Counted from the whole stretch's first letter, positions 1-10,728 are shown. The stretch is 63,872 bases of DNA, filler included, from Saprolegnia diclina VS20 (GCF_000281045.1; 5 parts of 2 records of this genome joined end to end with filler, not necessarily neighbours in it); one strand, 5' to 3'. A program made the numbers and translations. The notes: generated by a model from the sequence alone, not told the origin.

Positions 1-947
1 GGCGAGACGCTGTCGGCCTTGGACGACCCCGCCGGAGCATTGGCCGCCAACTTGGCCTCTTGCAGGCTGCTGCGCGGCGTCGAGAGCTGCATGTACGCGT
101 TGCCACTACTCTCGACGACAATCTCAGGCGCTTCCTTGATTGGCGTGGCCTTGCCCATGACGAGCGACGAGATCATGCCGGCCTGGGACGATGCGCCGAC
201 GCAGAGCACGAGCATCGTGCCCATGCCTTCCATGACTTTGGTACCCGAGAAGAGGAATGGCGCCTTGGTCTTGTCCTTGAGCATCAAGAACGACTCGCCC
301 GTCATTGCGCTTTCATCGAGCTTGAGGTCCGACGAGGTGAGCACGAGGCCGTCGGCCGGAAGGATGTCGCCGACGTCGAGGCGGACGATATCACCAACGA
401 CCAAGTCAAACTTGCTGACTTCACACGGCTCGCTGTCGCGGATGACCTTGATCTTCTCGTCGTCCTTGACCGCGTTCAGAGCGCGGAACTGCTTGTCCTT
501 TTGGTAGTTGTTGAGGGCTGTGACCATGACGACGATCGTCACGGCCAGTAAGATCGAGAAGCCTTCGATCCACGCCGTGCCTGCGTTGCCCGCGAGCGCC
601 CGCGTCGTCGTTGCGTTGCGCAAAACCTTTTCTTTGTGGCCGACCGTGAAGCCGAGGATGAGCGAGAGGACGCCGGCGCCCGTGAGCACGATGATCGTGA
701 GGTCCTGGAACGCATGCCACATGAGCGCGAGGAGCGTCGCGGGCTTGGACGGTTCAATGTAGTTTTTGCCATACGTCTCTTGGCGCTGCTGGAGGTCGGC
801 GACGTCGGCGCCAAAGAGGCCAGCATCGAGCGACACGTTGAGCGCATACGCGATGCCATCGGCGCCGCCGAGCGCTTCGACCGCGTCCTTGGCCTTCTCC
901 TTGGGCGTCTCGACGAGCCGAATGAGGTCGCCAGGTAAGAGATGCAT
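1..947 (-). CDS. P-type Ca2+-transporting ATPase (PMCA/type IIB-like), 5' part; runs off the window start
   Basis: Manual minus-strand translation from ATG at 947 (not in the ORF track): ...RQETYGKNYIEP..LMWHAFQDLTIIVL..WIEGFSILLAV..NNYQKDKQFRALN..VGDILPADG..LDESAMTGES..FSGTKVMEG. These are typical PMCA TM1/TM2 and actuator (TGES) motifs. Start codon uncertain. Confidence 0.92.
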   Translation of the reverse strand, partial: MHLLPGDLIRLVETPKEKAKDAVEALGGADGIAYALNVSLDAGLFGADVADLQQRQETYGKNYIEPSKPATLLALMWHAFQDLTIIVLTGAGVLSLILGFTVGHKEKVLRNATTTRALAGNAGTAWIEGFSILLAVTIVVMVTALNNYQKDKQFRALNAVKDDEKIKVIRDSEPCEVSKFDLVVGDIVRLDVGDILPADGLVLTSSDLKLDESAMTGESFLMLKDKTKAPFLFSGTKVMEGMGTMLVLCVGASSQAGMISSLVMGKATPIKEAPEIVVESSGNAYMQLSTPRSSLQEAKLAANAPAGSSKADSVS

Positions 948-2176
948 CGAACGTGGCAAAATGTAAACTGAGGATCCTCGTCGACTCGGCGATGTGCATT
1001 GTGGAAAATATAGTTTTTACGAGAGTTATGCATTGTGACAGGTTGTATTAACGGGTTTCGTTCAGTTTATATAGTTTTTACATATAAAGAGTATGTTGAC
1101 CATAATAATACCGAGAGTCGTTTATACGTAAAGAGAGGAATATGTCATTTGAAAGGGATCCAGGTACATACAAGGTCAGGTTGGATATGGTATATCTGCG
1201 AAGGTCGCCAGCTGGGCCTCGAGCGACTGCATATAGTGACTCCAAGAGAGTAGTGTCAGAGCGATCGGGACTCGTGCCCAGTTGGGTCGCGTGTCGCACG
1301 AACAATGAACATTCGATCGAAGGAATATCTTGCGATCTAAGTTAGCTTGAGAAGCGATGCGACACGCACTGGTACATGATGTATCCAACCCGCACAGATG
1401 TATGGCAGTGATCATTGGGATCTTGACCAACTTCAAGCGGCCTGGGACACGGTGTGTAGAGCTTTGATCGTGCACGGCCATCGGGACTTGGCGCCACATC
1501 CTTTGGAAGAGCGGTCACGCGCGCGGACACGGATCACTCGGCCGAGAGTAGTCGACTCATCGTTCTAGACACGGTAGCCGATATGGCTTGCCGAGTCGCT
1601 CCATGCCCTACGCGCCGACCCTTGGTGTGCTCGCTACCTCATTCCCAACTCAATCCCGAGCCCCGACCAAGCGCCCTCAGCTTGACGTACCGGCCAAACC
1701 TCACGAGCGCTCTAGGAAGTCCACCATCTTCACTATATATATTTGCATGTTAATAACTCATTTCAACAATAGCCGATATTTCAAAACGAACAAGATGAAA
1801 AAGATAGGTGCTGCGCACGTCGCATCTAACGGGCACCCGCCGGAAGCTTCATTTGCAGCGCAAGGAAGCGTAGGCAGCGTGCTCGACAGTTGCTGCGTCA
1901 TCGGCACAGCAGAGTGGTCGTTGACCCAGAATGGGAACCCGTGATGGCGGACTGGGGAGTTGGTCGTCGGAACAATGCACATCTCGATCTCGTCGGCAAA
2001 GCATCCAAATCCATTGTCTGTCGCCGGCTACCGTCTCGAAGATTCGACTCGTGAGGTGCATAGATGGTAGGTAGTGGAGAAAAAGAGAATACATTTGAGC
2101 CAAGTACGTAGGCTTACGGACGCATCCTCCAGCCTACAGGAGTACTCGAATAGGTAGTTGGCAACGCGATGCTCGA

Positions 2177-3361
2177 CTAGCAAGGCACGAGGGTCCACTC
2201 CTGCGCCGGGTACGGTCCGTCGACGACATCCCACAAGTGGCACACGACTCCATTCGACGGCTCGCTGCGACCGCTCTTGAGGTGGATGCACTTGGTCGGG
2301 CACTTGACCGAGCGAAGGAGCTTGCCGTCAAAGCGCCATTCCTGCGCCGGGTACGAGCCGGGCTGGATGTCCCAGAGGTGACAGGCATCGCCGTTGCCAG
2401 ACGCGGCGGTGCCGCTCTTCAGATGGATGCACTTATTCGGGTCCTTGGCCGACTTGATGAGCGCGCCATCAAAGATCCACGTCTGTGCGTCGTACGACCT
2501 CGGAATCGTGTCCCAGAGATGGCAGACGTCGCCGTTGAATGCGGTGTCGGCCTCGCCGCTCTGCAAATGCACGCATTTCGTCGGGCACTTGACCGACTGA
2601 ATACGGAACCGGCGCTTGGGCAGCGGCTCGCAGCCAAAGAAAGCAAGCGACACACCGCTGACGCGCAGCTGCTGTAGCGTTTCGAAGAGCGACTTGGCCT
2701 TTAATTTTGGCATCGCGCCGAGCTCGAGCAGCTCGTCGGCAGTCTCGCAGCACGAAAGCGCGTGGCCGTTGATCTCGTGGGCGAGAAAGAGGTCCTTGTG
2801 CTTTGTAAACTCGAGCGCCGAGAGGAGCTGGTAGACTTGGGCGCAGTTGAGGGATCGGAGCGGCACAACGTCGGTGGCGGCCAGCAGCGTCGGCAGATAC
2901 ACGACGTTCCACTCCTGCATCGGGTACGCCCCGTCTTGGACGTCCCAGAGATGGCACTTGTCACCGTCAAAGCCGCTGCCGTCCTTGAGGTGGATGCATT
3001 TGGAGGAGTCTTTGACCGACCGAATGAGCTTGCCGTCAAGGAGCCATTCTTGTGCCGGGTACGACCCGGGTTGGATGTCCCAGAGGTGACAGGCATCGCC
3101 ATTGTACGTCGGCCCCGACCCGCTCTGGAGATGAATGCACTTGGTCGGGTCCTTCATCGATCGCAGGAGCTTGCCGTCCATGAACCACTCTTGGGCTGCA
3201 TATGTCCCTGGAATGGTAGTCCAGAGGTGGCAGGCATCGCCGTTCTCGCTCCGGCCAGTGCCGCTCTGCAGGTGGATGCAGCGCGACGGACTCGCTGCCG
3301 ACTGCAAAAGAAATGGCACCGGACGCGGTGCTACCAGTACGACGTCACCAAGCTTGTCCAT
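2177..3361 (-). CDS. Beta-trefoil (ricin-B-like, 3 repeats) - SAM - beta-trefoil (3 repeats) protein
   Basis: 394-aa ORF with six ~47-aa repeats (KCIHLQSG..NGDxCHLWD..YPAQEW, QxW-type) around a SAM-like segment (LRSLNCAQVYQLLSALEFTKHKDLFLAHEINGHALSCCETADELLELG). No signal peptide. Confidence 0.85.
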   Translation of the reverse strand: MDKLGDVVLVAPRPVPFLLQSAASPSRCIHLQSGTGRSENGDACHLWTTIPGTYAAQEWFMDGKLLRSMKDPTKCIHLQSGSGPTYNGDACHLWDIQPGSYPAQEWLLDGKLIRSVKDSSKCIHLKDGSGFDGDKCHLWDVQDGAYPMQEWNVVYLPTLLAATDVVPLRSLNCAQVYQLLSALEFTKHKDLFLAHEINGHALSCCETADELLELGAMPKLKAKSLFETLQQLRVSGVSLAFFGCEPLPKRRFRIQSVKCPTKCVHLQSGEADTAFNGDVCHLWDTIPRSYDAQTWIFDGALIKSAKDPNKCIHLKSGTAASGNGDACHLWDIQPGSYPAQEWRFDGKLLRSVKCPTKCIHLKSGRSEPSNGVVCHLWDVVDGPYPAQEWTLVPC

Positions 3362-3842
3362 TCGGTTGCAAATTTAGGTTTAATGGCGTTGCACTCCATG
3401 GAAGATGCGCCGGTAAACGACAAAAGGACTATTCGGACAGGGAGTTTCGAGGTCAACCGACAGAGCGTTGCCGCGTCGATTCGCTCACTGGTATCATGGA
3501 GGTGCCTTGCCAACGCATGAGAAGGAGACGTACCATCTCCACCGCATGGAATACAGGTCGAATCGAACATTGTGTGCTGACGAAATGCAAAGCCCAATGA
3601 TGGAACAAGCGAAAAAGGACCCGTTCCGCTCACTGGACTCCTTCTTCTAACTATCCATAATCAATGAAGCGAAGGGTTCGGCGGTGGTTGGCAGTTGACT
3701 GTGGCGCATGGGACCATCTAGTTGAAGACGACGAGCGAGTCAAACCCGTCTCAACCCATGGTAAACACAAAACAACAAGATAGAGGCGTGTGATGTTGTG
3801 TACATCATGATGATGATGATGATGATGGACGAAGGATGTATG

Positions 3843-5754
3843 CTACTCGACAGGCACGAGCAACCACTCTTGGCCGGGGTACTGGCAGTTTTGGACTTCC
3901 CACAAGTGGCATAAGTCGCCTTCGGGCGTGTGCGCCGTGCCACTCTGCAAGTGAATGCAGCGGTACTTGTCCTTGGCTGACTTGAGCAACTTGCCATCGA
4001 GGATCCATTCTTGCGCCGGGTACGACGGGCGGTCCTGGAAATCCCAGAGATGGCACACGTCGCCATTGGAGGTCGGGCCGTCACCGCTCTGCAAGTGAAT
4101 GCATCGACTCGGCGACAGCACGGAAAAGATGTATCGACCGTCGTAGATCCATTCTTGCGCCGGGTACGGGCCGCTGTGTGTCGTGCGGAGAAAGCACCGG
4201 TCGCCGTTCTCGCCCGAGAAGACTTGCATGCACATGTTGGGGCACTTGGCCGACTGCAGTCGGACGCGCCGCGTCGCCGTGAGCGACACAAACGTCCACT
4301 CTTGGGCCGAGTAGGATGGGTATTGAATCTGCCAGAGGTGACATGTGTCACCGCTAAACGCAGGGTAATTCCCGCACTGGAGATGGATGCAGCGCGACGG
4401 ATCTTTGGCCGACTTGATCAAATGGCCCTCAATGAGCCACTCTTGCGCGGGGTACTTGCCCGGCTGAACGTCCCAGAGGTGACACACATCGCCATCACTG
4501 GACGGCCCCGTCCCGCTCTGGAGGTGAATGCACTTGGCGGGGTTGCTTGCGAGGCGAATGAGCTTGTTGTCGTAAATCCATTCCTGGCCGCGCACACCGG
4601 GAGCGATCTCCCAGAGCTGGCACCGATCGCCGTTAAAGACTTCGCCATCGCCGCTCTGAAGCTGAAGGCACCGGTCCGGGCTTTTGACCGACACGATGCG
4701 ACAAGGGCCCGCAGGGACACTCGAAGCGGCGTGCGAGGGTGTCGGGGTTGCATGCGTCGTCGCGGGCGGTGTGTGCGCTGGCTTGGGCGCAGATTTTTCG
4801 CGGAGGAGTTGCTTGGGCACACCAGTTGCTTGAAACGAGTGGATCTTGTCGTAGAGCGCGCGGGCTTTGATTGCCAGCGTGACGCCAATCTCCTTGATCT
4901 CGTCGGCGCACGTGATGCCCATGAGCGCGGCGCCGTTGATTTCATTTTGCCGAAACACGTCGCAGTACGTGGCGTACTCGAGGGCCGTGAGCAGCGTCGT
5001 GACTTGGTCGGTCGAGAGCGACTCGAGCGGCACGGTCGCATGCGGAATCGCGACGCCGCCACCCGCAAAGCACTGCTTGAGTGGCTTGCCAATGATCGTC
5101 ATGAGCTTGGCCATGAGCTCGTCGATTTTTGCGGGCAGGAACTCTGGATGCGCGTCAAAGACGGTCGAGAAATCAATGTACAGGTCGCCACCGAGGGTCA
5201 TGCCCACGGGGCCAACCCACGCCCGCGTGTCCTTGGCGTTTGGGTCCATGACCACCGAGATCATCTTGGCGTTTGTCTTGCGTCGCGCCGCATAGTTGAA
5301 TTCGAGCTGGCAGTTGTCTTCGCCATTCGGGCCGCCCACCTTGTCCATGTAGCGCTGTGTCACAAAGACGACAATGCAACGTGAGTTTTCAATGCCCGTG
5401 ATCATCTTCATCTTGATGTTGCCCTACCACCACCTCTCATATGGACACCTTCTTCGTATCGGCACCGACCTCCATCTTTTCTTCGTCAAACCACGTCGTG
5501 ATACCGCGCTCGATGAGGAGCTGGTTGACGACGCTCACGTGGCGGTGGTTGGCGCCGTCGACGCCCCAGTCGTGCGTGAGGAAGACGTCCGTGACCGACG
5601 AGACCACTTCGTGCAGCTTGGCGCCAGAGATCGTCTGCGACGCCTTGGACGCGTGCATGGTCCACATCGCATCGTCGAAAAGGTCGCCGCACATGGCCTG
5701 GCATTGCTCCTTGGTGTACGAGTCGCCCGAGTCGACGCTGGCAGCCGCGCCCAT
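3843..5754 (-). CDS. Predicted myristoylated TIR - SAM - 2x beta-trefoil protein (~621 aa, 2 exons)
   Basis: Exon 1 5754-5470 (MGAAASV...DVFLTHDWG...GITTWFDEEKME), 46-bp GT..AG intron 5469-5424, exon 2 5423-3843 in frame (GNIKMKMITGIENSRCIVVFVTQRY...DNCQLEF...). TIR_2-like motifs, then SAM (LESLSTDQVTTLL...FRQNEINGAAL...EIGV), a Pro/Thr linker and six QEW repeats. Confidence 0.88.
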
Positions 5755-6338
5755 GGTCGCGAAACGGTGTCTGCTGCGGAAACCGACGCGTTGCTGTCGG
5801 TTCCCAACGTAATCGGTTGACAAAGTCGCACGCAACTACCGACACCTTACACGCAGAAGATGGCCCAAGGTCGCACGGCGTTTGCTAGTTCTGACAGTGT
5901 ATGTAGCACAAGATATAACTTTTTATTCCCATGATTCAGCATGACAAACCCCGCGGCGGAGCCGGCGCAAGGACCGTCATCGATGTCGACAAGGTCCCAA
6001 CGTCCAAGCAAGGACAACCCCGACGAACCCTGTCGCCATCAACGTCCAACCTGGCGTAGTTTCGTTTGCAGCATGTCCAGGTGTATCGTCCTAAGTACTA
6101 GTATCGCCTTGACGCCTTAAGTTATGAAGTGATCGCGTTCCTGCCTCGGACTGGAAGAGGAGTCGGTCGAATCTCGGCTTGTTATGGACATTATTGTAAT
6201 CAAGTAGAGCGATACTCGATACGACAATGTTCCTTTGCATGCATCAACACTGTTCTTTGGCTCATCTCTGTCCTGTTGTGCGAGTACTACACGCTACAGA
6301 CTGGCCCAACTTGGTGGCGTAACAATTCGATTTAGGGT

Positions 6339-7499
6339 TTACGCCTCGGCCACGGGCACGAACGTCCACTCTTGTGCGGGGTACTCGCCGGGCTGGACGT
6401 CCCAGAGATGGCACACGTCACCGTTGAACGACGGGTGGGCCATGCCGCTCGCCACATGAATGCACTTGGTCAAATCCTTGGCCGACAAGATGCGTTGCCC
6501 GTCAAACGACCACTCTTGAGCAGGGTGGGCACCGGGAACGACGCGCCAGAGGTGGCACAAGTCACCGTTGAACGTACCCGGGGACGCGCCACTCGCTAAA
6601 TGGATGCACTTGGTCGTGTCTTTGACCGACTTGATCAAAGGACCTTCGAGGAGCCATTCTTGCGCGGGATGGCGTCGATTTATGACGGTGGTCCAGAGGT
6701 GGCAGCGGTCGCCGTTCGGCGCACCTTTGGCGTCGCCGCTGATCAAATGCAAGCACATGCGAGGGTCCTTGACCGACTGGATGATGTAAACTATGGGCGT
6801 GACGAGCCGCTGCGGCACCCCGTGGCGACCAAAATAGTGGATGTTTTGCCAAAGATACTCGGCCAAGGCGGCATCTTGCACGCCCAGTTGCATGAGGTCG
6901 TTGACGGACGAGCAATGTTGCAAGGCGTCGCCGTTGATCTCAAGCGTCCGACACTGCGCAGAGAGGCTCGATGGAAAGCCGCCGGATGTGAGCAGATGGG
7001 CAACGTCGTGCACCGAGAGCGACGCCAAGTCGACGGTAGGTAGTGCATCATTGGCCGCGTCATCTACGAGACGCGTGACACGTGGCAGAGGTGCCTCGAC
7101 GATTGCAATGGGATCGAGCCGCCATTGCTGTGTGGCATCACCAATGGCGAGCGGGCGAAGCGCCAGGCTCCCATCGCTGAGCAGCGTGAGGCAAGAGCCC
7201 AGTGCGTGACGAGCAAGTAGATACCCACTGCAAAAGACCCACTTGAAGAGAGGCGCGGATGGCAGATACATGCAGCAGTGGCCATGGACGTCGGCGCCGA
7301 GGTGCAGAGTCGGTTCGGCCAGCGACGTGATGCCGTGGCCGTCAAAGATCCACTCTTGGGCGAGGCAGCGCCCGGGCGTAGCATCTGCTACCATGCAAGA
7401 GCTTGTGGCATCGGCTGCCAGCAGCACCAAGCAAGAGCCCGGCGCGGTCTCGGGCGCGATCCAGACTGGAACGTTGATGGCGCCGCCGGTGGTTTCCAT
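6339..7499 (-). CDS. Degenerate beta-trefoil - SAM - beta-trefoil protein
   Basis: ORF 6339-7529, likely ATG at 7499 (METTGG). Diverged N-terminal repeats (AQEW, FKW, QQW), SAM (LASLSVHDVAHLL...LEINGDALQHCSSVNDLMQLGV) and three conserved CxH..GDxCHLW..PAQEW repeats. Confidence 0.82.
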   Translation of the reverse strand: METTGGAINVPVWIAPETAPGSCLVLLAADATSSCMVADATPGRCLAQEWIFDGHGITSLAEPTLHLGADVHGHCCMYLPSAPLFKWVFCSGYLLARHALGSCLTLLSDGSLALRPLAIGDATQQWRLDPIAIVEAPLPRVTRLVDDAANDALPTVDLASLSVHDVAHLLTSGGFPSSLSAQCRTLEINGDALQHCSSVNDLMQLGVQDAALAEYLWQNIHYFGRHGVPQRLVTPIVYIIQSVKDPRMCLHLISGDAKGAPNGDRCHLWTTVINRRHPAQEWLLEGPLIKSVKDTTKCIHLASGASPGTFNGDLCHLWRVVPGAHPAQEWSFDGQRILSAKDLTKCIHVASGMAHPSFNGDVCHLWDVQPGEYPAQEWTFVPVAEA

Positions 7500-8199
7500 C
7501 GTTGTCGCTGGGTTGCGACAACAGGGCAAAGTGGTTTGTACGTTGCGTAAAATCCATTTGCCTGGGTTAAAGACGAGGTAAAATGATTAACGTATAAAAC
7601 CTACGGGTAAACTTGAAGAGGGGAGAGGGCATGTGTGCTAAAGCTGCGAGTCGACGCATTCTTGTGGCCATTTCAGCGACTCGGCTCTCCGCATCAATGT
7701 AGAACTGATGCACTTACTGTTAAACCACTAATTTGAGAGTGAAAAAGCGGCGCGAAGGGCCAGGTATGGGAAACTCTGACACCTGGCAATGAGATTCTAC
7801 TGCGGCTCGGTAATATACATCAGCTGCAAGCGGACTGGGCTATTGCACTGGAAGGGCGTACTGTGGACATCCAACCTCAATGCGATCGTGGTGGCGAGAT
7901 CCTAAAACGCTTGCCTCGTTCTGATTGGCGCGAATTCAAACAACACGTCTCTCGGATTGGTCCAAAAAGTTGAAAAATACAACTCCAGGATCTAAATTAC
8001 CTTTGTCTTTGTATACTTTCACACGATATTACTATTTAAAAAGATGCCAGACATCGCTGTCATGTAATTTAATTAAAATAGCCTAGCGTTTATATACCAT
8101 ACAAATACCAGCTATCGGGTATCTTGAGTCGCTCAGTGTTCAAGCCACGCTTCCAAACCCACATCCTCCGCGCCGCCCGCCCGCGACCTCGCCTTCGCC

Positions 8200-9186
8200 A
8201 TGCTGCTGCTGCATGACGCCCTCGCCCACCCCAAGTGGGTCGACCACTTCGTTGCCAAGGCGCACTCAACGGGCGCAGTCCTCGAAGACTTGCAGCTTGA
8301 GAAGCTCCAGGACGTCCTCGTCGCGTCTGCGGGCGGCGACGCGAAGGCGACAACGGCGCTCACGGCCGCGTCTGCTGGCCACATCTTAGAGGGCGTTTAC
8401 TTTGCAGTCGCCCATATGGCCACGTTGCGCGAGACGATGTGGGGCGGCTGCGACGACGAGTACCGTATCTTCCACAAGCGACGACGGTCCGGCGCGACGC
8501 CGCGGCCCTTTCTCTGCATCGCGCGGTCGCCCGAGTCGCGCAAGACTGGCCTCAGCCGCGTCGACATGGTCCGTGCGTATGGCAAGCCTGGGCGGTCGGC
8601 GATTGTTATCTCTGCCCAAGTCGTGCACGCCGATCGCGCACGCCACCCGCTGCGATGGCACTACTTGTGCCGTCGTGCTGCAACAGTGGCGCAGTCTGAT
8701 CTCCCGCCTATCGTCAAGCTTGTGGACTTGACGCAGTGGAAGCGCGTGCTTAGAGTCCTCGACATGGACCCCACTCTTCGCTGCACCTTTCTGGCCAAAG
8801 TGGCCGCGTATGTGTTGCTGCTCGCGCAAGTACCGGCGCCACTCGTGCCCATGGCTCGGACTGCAATCAAGCGTTCTACGCCGTCGACACCCACGCGTCG
8901 TCTCGCGCGCCCGATCAAGGCGATGCGCATGAGCCCCAGCAAGCACGGCAGCAAGCAGATCCTGGCGACACGTCGTTTGTTGATCACGACGACGAAGGCG
9001 CAGCGCACGACGCCCGCCGCCGCATTGTCGTGTTCGTCCGAGCAACTTGCATCGCTTCTGCAGACCACGATCGATGGACTTCACCAAATGCAGACCCAGT
9101 TGAAGCTGCTCACAACGACCGTGCTCACAACCAGCGTTCAACCCGCCATGAAGACGCAGCGTCGCCGCCACTCGTCCTGCAACTAG
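8200..9186 (+). CDS. Hypothetical protein
   Basis: 328-aa ORF with gene-like GC3 bias and ATTGG boxes upstream (~7924, ~7956). No recognisable domain. Confidence 0.55.
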   Translation: MLLLHDALAHPKWVDHFVAKAHSTGAVLEDLQLEKLQDVLVASAGGDAKATTALTAASAGHILEGVYFAVAHMATLRETMWGGCDDEYRIFHKRRRSGATPRPFLCIARSPESRKTGLSRVDMVRAYGKPGRSAIVISAQVVHADRARHPLRWHYLCRRAATVAQSDLPPIVKLVDLTQWKRVLRVLDMDPTLRCTFLAKVAAYVLLLAQVPAPLVPMARTAIKRSTPSTPTRRLARPIKAMRMSPSKHGSKQILATRRLLITTTKAQRTTPAAALSCSSEQLASLLQTTIDGLHQMQTQLKLLTTTVLTTSVQPAMKTQRRRHSSCN

Positions 9187-9644
9187 GTAGCTAGTGCTTG
9201 GTTGTGGTTGTCCAGATAATACAAGAGACGGTTTTGAATGCACCTGTTATCCTTGGCGTCCTGTAGTCTGATGTCTCATGACCACTGATTCAGACATGGA
9301 CCTTCGTCATCACTATGACTATCTTTGTTGCGAACATGTTGGACTTAAACCACGAATCAACCTAATTCCGCAAGTAAACAGCTGGCTTCAGGGGGGGCGG
9401 CATAGCGATACCAGAGGAGAAGACTCTCGTGCAACGACGGACTTGGTGTAGTTTTAGCCCTTGGTCGTATCTCAAGAGAAATGAGCTCGGCCACTAGAAT
9501 GGCAAATTGCTGAGACCGTTCTTGGATCGGTAACGACGCGCTGTGATTGGCTGACGTTTTATGACTAATGCGATGTGATTGGCCACTTTGAGCGAAAGCC
9601 CTGTCAGCCACAATGTCAAACCATCATTTTGCGTCCGGCGGGCC

Positions 9645-10728
9645 ATGGTTGCATTGAACAGCGAGGTTCGCGCCCGGCGCCGGGCAGCGATCCCGCCCGA
9701 GCGATGGCAGGAGCTCCACGCCCTCATGCGCAGCTCGTTCCGCGGCCTCACGTTCGAGTCGACCCGGCGACTCTGTACGGAGCTGGCTTTGCCGCGGTCA
9801 CCCGCCCGGGGCCAAATGACGAGAGACATTGCTGCCATCATTCGCCAGGTACGCTTGGTACATGCCTCTATGTAGACGAACCTCATAGTATCGCGATGTT
9901 CCATGTAGTTCTACGCTGCCACCGACATGAGTGTCGACGACGGCAATGATGGCGACTTGAATGGTGCTTCGAGCGACGAGGTAGACAACACTCTACCCAT
10001 GCATGGCTTCTGGCAAATGCTTGCATTATCGCATAGAGCGCATGCTGTGAGATCTGCGACGGGAGCGACGACGCTGATGCCAGCTTGCTCTGCGACGGGT
10101 GCGACCGAGGTTCGCCCATTCGCTACTTCCTCGAGCGACAGGGTCTCAGCTTACAGCATAGTGTACCCCACGTTTTGCATTGGCCTTGCTATCGTGCCAC
10201 GCACCGATTGGCCTTGCTATCGTGCCACGCACCGACTGGTTCTGCCCTGTGTGCGCGCCAACGGCCATCTCTGTCCACTCTTTTGCGCACGACGATGACT
10301 CGGCTCAAGATGATGACGACGCAGAAGAAGACAATGAAGTTGAAGAGATTGATGACGCGGATACAGAGAGCGCCGTGACACCCACGCCCGAGGAGGTGCG
10401 TCATTGTCAAGAACCAATACCTAACGTCTCCTTGTAGCTGCCCCGAGGCATGTGCGAGATGAACGAGCTGCTCGTCCATGCGTGCGCGTGCGACGACGCG
10501 CCGTGCGCGACGTACTGCGACCTGTGCTTGGCCATGAAGCGTCTGCTCCAGTGCACGAGTTGGTTCTCCTTCAGCGCCGAAGTACTCGCCATGCCCTTTG
10601 TCGATGGCGTGATCGAGCTCTTCGTGTTTCATGCGACCCACTGTACGACGCGCGAGAGTACTCGTACTAACTGCAGCGTGCCCCTGTGCCAGCAGCTGCA
10701 CGCGACCGTAGACAGTATGTCGCCATAA
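9645..10728 (+). pseudogene. PHD finger + TAZ zinc finger gene, apparently disrupted
   Basis: Spliced reading gives CEICDGSDDADASLLCDGCDR-V-YPTFCIGLAIVPRTDWFCPVC (PHD-like; intron 10110-10161), an acidic tract, then LLVHACAC..C..C..MKRLL...HATHC...CSVPLC (TAZ-like). A 28-bp tandem duplication at 10180-10235 shifts the frame inside the PHD. Confidence 0.65.
10180..10235. repeat. Perfect 28-bp tandem duplication (TTGGCCTTGCTATCGTGCCACGCACCGA x2)
   Basis: Read directly from the sequence. Confidence 0.95.

Noticed and set aside
3805..3826. (ATG)n microsatellite between trefoil genes
   Set aside because: Short ordinary simple repeat in a 3' region.
4011..5384. Long antisense ORFs (457 aa here; also 18619-19695, 45407-46369, 46373-47416, 28258-29406)
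   Set aside because: They shadow high-GC3 genes on the opposite strand and show no motifs of their own.
2177..6800. Regularly spaced DNA repeats (CCCAGAGGTGACA / TGGATGCACTT) that might suggest a CRISPR array
   Set aside because: They are in-frame protein repeats of about 141 bp with homologous intervening sequence, in a eukaryotic context with no cas genes.
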